Below are positions 38,746-46,929 of a stretch of DNA of 61,418 nucleotides, piece after piece. Where the stretch lies: NCBI GenBank assembly GCA_001304505.1, contig LJUQ01000012.1, positions 1 to 61,418 of the forward strand. The letters run 5' to 3'. The position numbers were made by a program, and so were the translations under genes. The DNA is from Bacteroides sp. SM23_62_1 (GTDB lineage Bacteria; Bacteroidota; Bacteroidia; Bacteroidales; SM23-62). Below the pieces are notes generated by a model. That model ran no database searches and was not told where the DNA came from. It saw only the letters and a list, made by a program, of their open reading frames with translations. The stretch's first letter is position 1; every line of letters starts with the position of its first letter.

Positions 38746-40860
38746 ATGCCAGATCAAAAAGCGACATCCACCCGATTTAAACTTATTGGCACAGTAATTT
38801 TTATTTTTACTCTTTTTATCATCGCCTGGTATTTTAATTACCCTGAGATCCTGCTTAAAAAACCTCAGTCTATTCACTTCCCCAGGCAGGCAGATTGTGC
38901 GTCATTAGCCCTGAATTATTACCAGAGTGATATGGATTTTTTTCATCCCGAAATCCACAACCTGACCTCCGATGATGGGACCAGTGGTAAATGTGCACCC
39001 AGCGAATTGCCGTTCCTGTATTACCTGGTGGCAATACTTTATAAAATGTTTGGGTATCATGACTTTATTTACAGAATCATCAATACCCTGATTTTCTTCC
39101 TCGGACTATTTTACTTTTTCAGGCTTCTGTATGTATTGCTGAATGATATATTCTGGTCGGTATCACTGCCTCTCATCCTGCTTTCATCACCCGTAATAGC
39201 CTATTATGCTAATAATTACCTGACAAATACCTCTGCACTGGCTTTTGTTATTATGGCATGGTTTTATTTTATCAATTATTATATTCATGGACAACATAAA
39301 AATCTTTATCTCAGCGCATTATTCTTTTTCCTTGCCGGTGCATTTAAAATAACCGGGCTTTTCAGCCTGCTATCCCTTGCGATAATATTTACTCTGGAAG
39401 GATTGAATATTATCCGTTGCCATCAGGATGGCAGAAGGATTTTTGGTAATGGTTTAAAACGGATTATCCCTTATATCCCTGGTGTCATTATTATCTTTTT
39501 ATGGATAGTTTATGCGCACCGGTATAATCAAATCCATGACTGTTATTACTTCTCAACAAGGTCATTCCCCATCTGGGATATGAATACGGAAGCTACAAGA
39601 AATGTCATCAAGGCTGTGGTTAAAATCTGGTTCACTCAGTATTTCAGTATTTGGATATATTTCTTCCTTATCATATTGTTTATTTATATGCTGGTTAACC
39701 GTCTTTCCGCTCATCCTCTCCTGTTCTATACCATTATGTTTCTTATTCCAATTGTCCTGCTTTATGTTCTGATGCAATTTTTTATGTTGAAGGATCACGA
39801 TTATTATACAATCAACATCTATATTCTGCCAATATTCATAATTATCTCTTCATTCAGCCTTATGAAGCAAAAACATTACAGACTCTTTAAATCCCTCATT
39901 TTAAAATCCCTGTTTTTTTGCTTTGTCATTTATCATCTCTGGTATGCTAAATCCAAACTGGATGAAAGATATAACAATAAAGAAAACATTTATTACATGC
40001 TTCATGATTACTATGAAATCACACCTTTTCTGGAACAGAATGGGATCCTGCTGAAGGATACAGTTATTTCCATCTCAGGTGAAACGCAGCTTCCTCTTTA
40101 CCTGATGAACCGTAAAGGATGGATTGAACACATTGAAACACAATTTGGTGAAGGAGAAAAAATCCTTTATAACAGGGATAGTACCGGTATTCAACACTCC
40201 ATAGATAAGGGGGCTAAATACATGATTGTCAGGGACCTGGAAGAACTTATCGTGAAACCATATCTTCAGAGCTATGCTACAAACCTCGTGGGCCGTTTTA
40301 ATAAGATCCATATTTTCGATCTGGTAAATAAAAATCCCAATTTTACAATCCCTGAAAGAAAGATCCTGCAGTCTATACTGTGCGATGCCGAGCAGGTTAC
40401 AAATGACAGCAAGGACTACCTTTCCTTCTCTGATTCCCTTTTATTTGAATTTGGAATAACACAGAGTGACGAAACATCATGGTCAGGAAAGTATTCTGCC
40501 AAACTTAATCCTTCACATCCCTTTGGCATGACAATAACTCTCCCACAGGTTAAGACAGGTGAGAGCTTTGCAATAGAAGTTAAATATTCCGGTGTCCCTG
40601 AAAAGGGATTGATTATTGCCTCTGCATTAACGTCTGACGTATTCTATTATAATGAAAATACGATAATTCCGGATACGGTGCCGGGCTGGTATAATATTTC
40701 TGCAGAATTCTTTGTTCCCGGGGAAATGGATGGTAAAGAAATGAAAATATATCTCTGGTATACAGGCAATGATTCTGCTTATTTTGATGATTTTAAAATA
40801 ACCAGATATAGTTCATATTCATTTGTAAATAAGGTCACAGAGGGCCACAGAGATAAATGA
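38746..40860 (+). CDS. Polytopic membrane glycosyltransferase (GT-C/ArnT-like) with C-terminal beta-sandwich domain
   Basis: 'HFPRQADCAS..LNYY', 'SELPFLYY', many TM helices; soluble C-terminal 'WSGKYSAKL...YFDDFKI'. Confidence 0.65.
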   Translation: MPDQKATSTRFKLIGTVIFIFTLFIIAWYFNYPEILLKKPQSIHFPRQADCASLALNYYQSDMDFFHPEIHNLTSDDGTSGKCAPSELPFLYYLVAILYKMFGYHDFIYRIINTLIFFLGLFYFFRLLYVLLNDIFWSVSLPLILLSSPVIAYYANNYLTNTSALAFVIMAWFYFINYYIHGQHKNLYLSALFFFLAGAFKITGLFSLLSLAIIFTLEGLNIIRCHQDGRRIFGNGLKRIIPYIPGVIIIFLWIVYAHRYNQIHDCYYFSTRSFPIWDMNTEATRNVIKAVVKIWFTQYFSIWIYFFLIILFIYMLVNRLSAHPLLFYTIMFLIPIVLLYVLMQFFMLKDHDYYTINIYILPIFIIISSFSLMKQKHYRLFKSLILKSLFFCFVIYHLWYAKSKLDERYNNKENIYYMLHDYYEITPFLEQNGILLKDTVISISGETQLPLYLMNRKGWIEHIETQFGEGEKILYNRDSTGIQHSIDKGAKYMIVRDLEELIVKPYLQSYATNLVGRFNKIHIFDLVNKNPNFTIPERKILQSILCDAEQVTNDSKDYLSFSDSLLFEFGITQSDETSWSGKYSAKLNPSHPFGMTITLPQVKTGESFAIEVKYSGVPEKGLIIASALTSDVFYYNENTIIPDTVPGWYNISAEFFVPGEMDGKEMKIYLWYTGNDSAYFDDFKITRYSSYSFVNKVTEGHRDK

Positions 40861-40918
40861 GATACACAGGGAATGCATCTCTGTGGTTCTCTTAAACACA
40901 CAGTGGCTCTCTGGGACC
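40833..40918. repeat. CACAGAG-unit palindrome, empty copy 4
   Basis: GGTCACAGAG GGCCACAGAG ATAAATGAG ATACACAGGG / CTCTGTGGTT CTCTTAAACA CACAGTGGCT CTCTGGGACC. Confidence 0.82.
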
Positions 40919-41018
40919 TTTTTTATAAATAACATCAGGATAACAATCAAAATAATTCAGTTTTTAGTACCTTAACACCCTTATTCATTTATCATTAAGA
41001 ATATTATAAGAGTGGGAA

Positions 41019-41750
41019 ATGACTTCCAGTATTAAAACACTTTCAATTATTATCCCGGCATATAATGAGGAATCAACCATCGGGACGGTTCTGGATAAAG
41101 TTGTTCAGGTTGATCTTGATAATATCAAAAAGGAGATCATTGTTGTTAACGATCATTCCTCCGATCATACAATGGAAATTGTGCAGAAGTATATAGACAA
41201 AAACCCGGATGTCGCAATCAAGCTTGTGAACCATGATAAAAACCTTGGAAAGGGTGCTTCTTTACATTCGGGTTTTAACCAGGCCACGGGCGATTGCATA
41301 ATCATCCAGGATGCTGATTTTGAATATGATCCACGCGAATATATGATTTTACTGGGTCCAATCATAGAAGGTCATGCTGATGTTGTCTATGGATCACGAT
41401 TTATGGGATCCAATCCTCACAGGATATTATTCTTCTGGCATACGATAGGAAACCGTTTCCTGACATTCCTGTCAAATATATTCACCAACCTGAATCTGAC
41501 CGATATGGAAACAGGATTCAAATGTTTCCGGAAGGAGATTATTAAAAGTATAAATCTCAAGGAAAAAAGATTTGGTTTTGAACCGGAAGTCACGGCAAAA
41601 ATATCCAGGATCCCCGGCATCAGGATCTATGAGGTCGGGATATCGTATTACGGGCGAAGGTATGAAGAAGGGAAAAAAATCAAGTGGAAAGATGGATTCC
41701 GTGCCCTTCTCTGCATTGTAAAATATAATCTCTTCAGAAAAAGAATCTGA
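41019..41750 (+). CDS. GT2 glycosyltransferase (polyprenol-phosphate glycosyltransferase/DPM1-like)
   Basis: 'IIIPAYNEE', 'NLGKGA', 'QDADFEYDP', 'VYGSRF', 'DMETGFK', 'FEPEVT'. Confidence 0.92.
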   Translation: MTSSIKTLSIIIPAYNEESTIGTVLDKVVQVDLDNIKKEIIVVNDHSSDHTMEIVQKYIDKNPDVAIKLVNHDKNLGKGASLHSGFNQATGDCIIIQDADFEYDPREYMILLGPIIEGHADVVYGSRFMGSNPHRILFFWHTIGNRFLTFLSNIFTNLNLTDMETGFKCFRKEIIKSINLKEKRFGFEPEVTAKISRIPGIRIYEVGISYYGRRYEEGKKIKWKDGFRALLCIVKYNLFRKRI

Positions 41751-41752
41751 AG

Positions 41753-43696
41753 ATGAGGCAGTTTAAATATCCGGACGAAAGGCTGATCGCATTCACCCTC
41801 CTGGGAATACTCTTTATATTTTTCCTGGTTATCTCCTTCCTGCAGGAAGGAACATATGGCGGAGCAGATGATATTTCACATTATAACATCTCCAGTAATG
41901 TTTTTCAATACCCGCATTTAATCCTGGATCTCTGGGGCAAACCTGTTTATACCCTTCTCGCTGCACCTTTCGCCAGGTTTGGAATGGAGGGTGTAATTAT
42001 CTTCAACATCCTCATCGGGTTGCTCACATGTTATTTCACCTACCTGATTGCCAGAATCATGCAGTATAAAGATGCCTGGCTGTTAATCCTGTTTATTTGC
42101 TTTGCTCCGATGTATACTGTGATGATTGTATCAGGAATGACAGAAATCTTATTTGGTTTTGCACTTATAGTTGCTGCCTATCTGTTTTTTAAGGAAAAAT
42201 ATATCTTTTCTTCAGTCGTTGTATCTTTTCTTCCATTTATCCGGAATGAGGGAATCGTTATTATCCCTGTTTATCTTGTCATTTTTGCATGGTATAAAAA
42301 ATGGAAAGCGATACCTTTTCTCCTATCAGGAGTATCACTATTTAGTCTGGCCGGGGCATTCTATTACCATGACCTGCTTTGGATCATTCATCAATGGCCA
42401 TATGGTGACACATCCGGTATTTATGGCAGTGGAAGTATTTTCTATTACGTAAGCAATGCGGCCAGGATCCTTGGGATTCCTCTTACTCTGATGTTTATCA
42501 CTGGATTATTATACAGCCTTACCCGATTGTTTTCTGAATTCTCATTTAAATATTCCCATAAACTCTCTGAATTATTTGTTATCCTGGGACCCTTATTTGT
42601 GTATATTGCAGCTCATTCCTATGCATGGTACAGGGGCACGGTTGGCTCGGGTGGTCTGATTCGTTTTATGACACCGGTTCTGCCCCTGGCTTCAATATAT
42701 TGCCTGCAGGGTATTAACCTGATAACAAAACCCCGGTTTATAAATATCTGGCTGAAAACAGGCATATATGCTATTCTGCTGTATTTTATCTTTATTACAC
42801 CATTTAAAGTTTATACCATCCCACGACGCTTCAATGAACCGGAAAGACTTATTTTCAAAGCCAGTCAATGGCTGAAACATCATGCACTTGATAAAGGAAA
42901 GATTTACTTTTTCGACCCCCTTTTGCAACATTATATGGGTGTTAATTATTTTGACAGGGAGAGGATTAATCAATTTCTTCCAAACCCCGAAAATCCCGGA
43001 GAAAAAATCCCCGAAGGAAGTTACATTGTCTGGGATGCCCACTTCGGAGCAAATGAAGGAAGGGTGTCGCTGAAGAGCCTTGTTGATGATCCGTCCCTGA
43101 AGTTGATTAAATTATTTAAACCTGTTAATTATTTCTGGGTTCTTGGAAAAAATTACTATAACATTTTCGTTTTCAGAAAAGACACAATGACTGAGAAAAA
43201 TTACAATTATGATCAGCTTAACACACTTTCTTTTTATAATGATGATGATATCAAACAGATAAAAACTATCCGATACATACCATTTGATATTGATACACTG
43301 ACAAATCTCCCTGATACGATCATTGCCGGACGGGCCTGTACACTGCTCGATACCACTTCCCACAGCGGTTATACGGTCAGAATCAGCGGGAATGAAATCG
43401 ATCCTGAGTTCACAGGAATTAGGGCCAGTATTTATTATTATCCCGTTGAGATACTCAGGGAACAATCATGTAGCTTACAATTATCAGTTTTCAGGGATAA
43501 ATGGAACCGCATTATTCATCATACAACCCTGCCATACTACCTTTATCATCTCCCCGGTATGTGGAACCTTATGATTGTTGAAGCCGTACTGCCGGAAAAG
43601 TTAGACAATTCAGGTGAAATTATCGTTCAGATCAGTCAATCTATAAACCAGGGAATTTATATATATGATTTACTGGTTGAGCAAATTAAATATTGA
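41753..43696 (+). CDS. Polytopic membrane protein, probable GT-C glycosyltransferase
   Basis: Acidic 'ADD' in the first loop, 'WGKPVYT', 'MTEILF', 'RNEG', about 11 TM helices; directly follows the GT2 gene. Confidence 0.6.
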   Translation: MRQFKYPDERLIAFTLLGILFIFFLVISFLQEGTYGGADDISHYNISSNVFQYPHLILDLWGKPVYTLLAAPFARFGMEGVIIFNILIGLLTCYFTYLIARIMQYKDAWLLILFICFAPMYTVMIVSGMTEILFGFALIVAAYLFFKEKYIFSSVVVSFLPFIRNEGIVIIPVYLVIFAWYKKWKAIPFLLSGVSLFSLAGAFYYHDLLWIIHQWPYGDTSGIYGSGSIFYYVSNAARILGIPLTLMFITGLLYSLTRLFSEFSFKYSHKLSELFVILGPLFVYIAAHSYAWYRGTVGSGGLIRFMTPVLPLASIYCLQGINLITKPRFINIWLKTGIYAILLYFIFITPFKVYTIPRRFNEPERLIFKASQWLKHHALDKGKIYFFDPLLQHYMGVNYFDRERINQFLPNPENPGEKIPEGSYIVWDAHFGANEGRVSLKSLVDDPSLKLIKLFKPVNYFWVLGKNYYNIFVFRKDTMTEKNYNYDQLNTLSFYNDDDIKQIKTIRYIPFDIDTLTNLPDTIIAGRACTLLDTTSHSGYTVRISGNEIDPEFTGIRASIYYYPVEILREQSCSLQLSVFRDKWNRIIHHTTLPYYLYHLPGMWNLMIVEAVLPEKLDNSGEIIVQISQSINQGIYIYDLLVEQIKY

Positions 43697-43726
43697 AAAA
43701 CAGTGTGAAATTTAGGATAATTTTCA

Positions 43727-45100
43727 TCAAGGCTTTTTCCCCGGGAATATCAAAATAACAGTCGTTCCTTTTCCCTCAACCGATCGCAACCGGATTGTAC
43801 CTCCATGCAGGTACATGATACGGCGGCTAAGGCTTAGTCCAATACCGGTACCCTTTTCATCTGTGGTAAAAAAGGGTACAAATACCTGGTCAATGATATC
43901 TTCCGGAATTCCTTTGCCATTATCAGAAATATTTATTATTACCGTTCTATTTTCTTGCATATATGCTTCAACATTGATTACTCCGTCTGGATTTACTGAA
44001 ATGGCTTTGAGTGCATTCTGTAGCAGGTTGATCAGAACCTGTTCAAGCATTTTTCTGTCAGCAGTTACCTGTAAATCTGGAGGCTGGATTTTATTGTGTA
44101 TGATCGTTGATTCTTCAGAGCTTTCTGCGGAGCATAGCGAACACACATCATCAAATAATATTCTCAAAACCACATTTTTCATATCCGGCTCCGGGAGTCG
44201 TATAAAGCTCTTATAATGCCCGATGAAGTCGATCAATCCATTCCCGCGTTGTTCAATTAATTCCGCACTCCGGTGAATATCCTTCATGACAGGACCGGGC
44301 ACCTTCACTTCTGTTTCGGTCTCTTTCCATAAGGCTTTTATTCTGTTACCTATATTGGTTCCAAGGGTAGTAATTGGTGTTATGGAATTGGACACTTCAT
44401 GCGCAAGGACCCGGATCAGTTTCTGCCATGACTCCATTTCCTTTTCTTCGAGCTCCGATTGTATATCCTGGAACGATACCAGTTGCAATTGTTCCTTGCC
44501 CAATAAAAAACTCTTAGCCCTGAATAAAAATGGCTGGTTCTCACCCAGGGTATTTGAAAGAATAATAACTGAGCTCCCTCCTGGTTTCAATGTCTGGATT
44601 CGACTGCTAAGGCCCGGATATTGAAAATCCAGTTCAGATATATGTTTAAGATCTTTGACGTTCAGAAGACCCAGTCCTGATTCATTGACAACCTGGATAG
44701 AGCCGGCTCTGTTCCATACAAGGATACCTGTATCCATATGACTCATCACATTACGGAACAGAATATCGGAATATTCACGCTGAAGTTTTACCCGGTTGAT
44801 CTCCTCATTCAACCTTTGAAAACTGTAATGTAATCCTTTGAAGGTTTTTTCAACTTTTTCTTTCAAATGCATAAATTCAACACTTTCCTCGCCAATCATC
44901 AGAAGGAAACTTGCCAGATTGCGATTGGTTGTATTCACATAATGAATAAGCCCGGCAATCTGTGTAATGATCAGGAATCCCAGAAAGACTATAGAGAAAA
45001 ATCTTCCGGTGCTAACCAGAAACCAGAAAAAAGCGAAATTAGTGGCACTTAAAAGGATTATTCTGGTCAGTATATTCACATAGAAACTATTGTATCTCAT
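43727..45100 (-). CDS. Sensor histidine kinase (NtrY-like)
   Basis: H-box 'LAHEVSNSITPI', 'QVLINLLQNA', 'DNGKGI', 'FVPFFTT', 'GTGIGL'. Confidence 0.92.
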   Translation of the reverse strand: MRYNSFYVNILTRIILLSATNFAFFWFLVSTGRFFSIVFLGFLIITQIAGLIHYVNTTNRNLASFLLMIGEESVEFMHLKEKVEKTFKGLHYSFQRLNEEINRVKLQREYSDILFRNVMSHMDTGILVWNRAGSIQVVNESGLGLLNVKDLKHISELDFQYPGLSSRIQTLKPGGSSVIILSNTLGENQPFLFRAKSFLLGKEQLQLVSFQDIQSELEEKEMESWQKLIRVLAHEVSNSITPITTLGTNIGNRIKALWKETETEVKVPGPVMKDIHRSAELIEQRGNGLIDFIGHYKSFIRLPEPDMKNVVLRILFDDVCSLCSAESSEESTIIHNKIQPPDLQVTADRKMLEQVLINLLQNALKAISVNPDGVINVEAYMQENRTVIINISDNGKGIPEDIIDQVFVPFFTTDEKGTGIGLSLSRRIMYLHGGTIRLRSVEGKGTTVILIFPGKKP

Positions 45101-46451
45101 ATTTTTTTAATTTATGATACAGGGTTGTTCTTGAGATGCCCAGTTCTCTGGCAGTATCTTTATACCTTCCATTATTCTTAACCAGTGCTTTCTCGATAGC
45201 TACCCGTTCAATATCCTCCAGCTTAAGACTCTCCTGCTGCAAGGAAAGAGATGTCTGGAAAGAAAAATCGTCAGGTGATAAAACATTCGATTCACACAGA
45301 ATGACAGCATTTTCAATAGCATGTTGTAACTCCCTCACATTCCCGGGCCACGAATAGTGTTTGAGTTTTTCCATTGCCCGTTGTTCAATTCTTAGGTTTT
45401 GTTTCTGATATTTCGTTGAATATTTAATAAGAAAATATTCCGTTAACAAAAGCAGGTCATTACCCCTCTCACGCAGTGGTGGTAATTCAATCTGGACTGT
45501 GTTGATCCTGTAAAATAAATCCTGCCTGAAAAGGTTCTCTTCTATTAACCTTATAAGGTTCTGATTTGTTGCAGAAATTAATCTGATATCTATTCCAATA
45601 GGTTTATTTGATCCGATTCGTGTGATTTCCCTGTTTTGAAGGACGGTTAGAATTTTGGATTGCAATGAGTGAGGGAGATTCCCAATTTCATCCAGGAAAA
45701 GAGTTCCTCCTGAAGCAGTCTCAAATTTTCCTTCCCGATCTGACCGGGCATCTGTGAAGGCACCTTTCGTATGACCGAACAACTCACTTTCAAAGAGTGT
45801 CGGACTGAGGGATGCCAGGTCAACACTTACAAAATTTTCATCTGTCCTTGTTGATTGTCTGTGTATTTCCCTGGCCACCAGGTCCTTACCTGTGCCATTC
45901 TCTCCAAGAATCAATACATTGGCATCCGTCACTGCTACTTTTTTAATTATTTTAAATACCTGTATTACCGGGGGGGATTCTCCAATGAATCCGGGGTAGA
46001 ATCTATCAATATCTTCCTTCAGAGTTTGATTCCTGTTTTCCATTTCCAGTTTTCTCACTTTTATTTTTGATTGTCGCAGCTTATAGGCAGTCTTTAATGT
46101 GCCGATCAGCTTGTCACTGTTCCATGGTTTCTGAATAAAATCAGTTGCTCCCAATTTCATTGCTCTCACAGCAATGTCAACATCTCCATAAGCAGTTATG
46201 GGAATTACAACAGCGTCCCTGTCGTGGCGAAGAATTTTTTTCAGCCAGTAAAATCCTTCTTCACCTGTGTTGGCCCCTGCTTTAAAGTTCATATCAAGAA
46301 GAATCATATCATAAGATTCCAGTACCAGATGTTCTATTATTTTTTTGGGATCCGGTAATGTCACTACCTTTTCAAATTCATACTTCAGCAATAATTCAAG
46401 CGATTCCAGTACATGAATATCATCATCGACGATCAGTATTTTTCCAGACAT
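45087..46451 (-). CDS. Sigma-54-dependent response regulator (NtrC family)
   Basis: Receiver 'IVDDD...LLDMNF'; AAA+ 'GENGTGK', 'ESELFGH', 'GAFTDA', 'FLDEIG', 'WPGNVREL'; Fis-type HTH. Confidence 0.95.
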   Translation of the reverse strand: MSGKILIVDDDIHVLESLELLLKYEFEKVVTLPDPKKIIEHLVLESYDMILLDMNFKAGANTGEEGFYWLKKILRHDRDAVVIPITAYGDVDIAVRAMKLGATDFIQKPWNSDKLIGTLKTAYKLRQSKIKVRKLEMENRNQTLKEDIDRFYPGFIGESPPVIQVFKIIKKVAVTDANVLILGENGTGKDLVAREIHRQSTRTDENFVSVDLASLSPTLFESELFGHTKGAFTDARSDREGKFETASGGTLFLDEIGNLPHSLQSKILTVLQNREITRIGSNKPIGIDIRLISATNQNLIRLIEENLFRQDLFYRINTVQIELPPLRERGNDLLLLTEYFLIKYSTKYQKQNLRIEQRAMEKLKHYSWPGNVRELQHAIENAVILCESNVLSPDDFSFQTSLSLQQESLKLEDIERVAIEKALVKNNGRYKDTARELGISRTTLYHKLKKYEIQ

Positions 46452-46549
46452 TGATTTTTCTTTAAATTATAATATTTGACATATTTATTACCCTTGCAAT
46501 ACCTTAATTGCGAAACTGGTTAAGGTCTTTTGAAAGCTTGTAAAGGTTC

Positions 46550-46753
46550 GGGGGGGTGTCACAACTTCAATAAATAGCTAAAATATCACTTCACCCCCCT
46601 CCAATCCTCCCCCCTAAAAGGGGGAGGCCGTAGGGGGTCCCTGTTCCCCTTCCCACTTCATGGGAAGGGGATAGGGTATGGAGTGAAGTTGAGAACTATA
46701 TTCTGTAAAATCTCCATCGTCTCTGAATGAAAAAGTAGTTATTACACAGCCCC
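46550..46753. mobile_element. MITE-like element with imperfect terminal inverted repeats enclosing a GC-rich multi-stem structure
   Basis: Ends ggggggtgtcacaact and agttattacacagcccc; internal stems 46588-46594/46683-46689, 46606-46627 and 46645-46671. Confidence 0.5.
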
Positions 46754-46815
46754 AAATAAATTTTATGATCAAATGATAAAATTACATCAAAATGTTAAAA
46801 AATTAAACATTCTGC

Positions 46816-46910
46816 GTTCAATATTTGAACATATTTTATTTGTTTTTTGATGAATAAAATTATAAATTGCTGATATTCAGACAAAAGAATGAGATGGTAT
46901 AAAATTTGAA
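46816..46910 (+). promoter_or_regulatory. Putative sigma-54 promoter with upstream activator palindrome
   Basis: GTTCAA-tat-TTGAAC at 46816-46830; TGGTAT-AAAAT-TTGA (-24/-12-like, GG-N10-GA) at 46895-46909; divergent from an NtrC-family gene. Confidence 0.55.
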
Positions 46911-46929
46911 TTTGTGTTTTAAAAAATAT

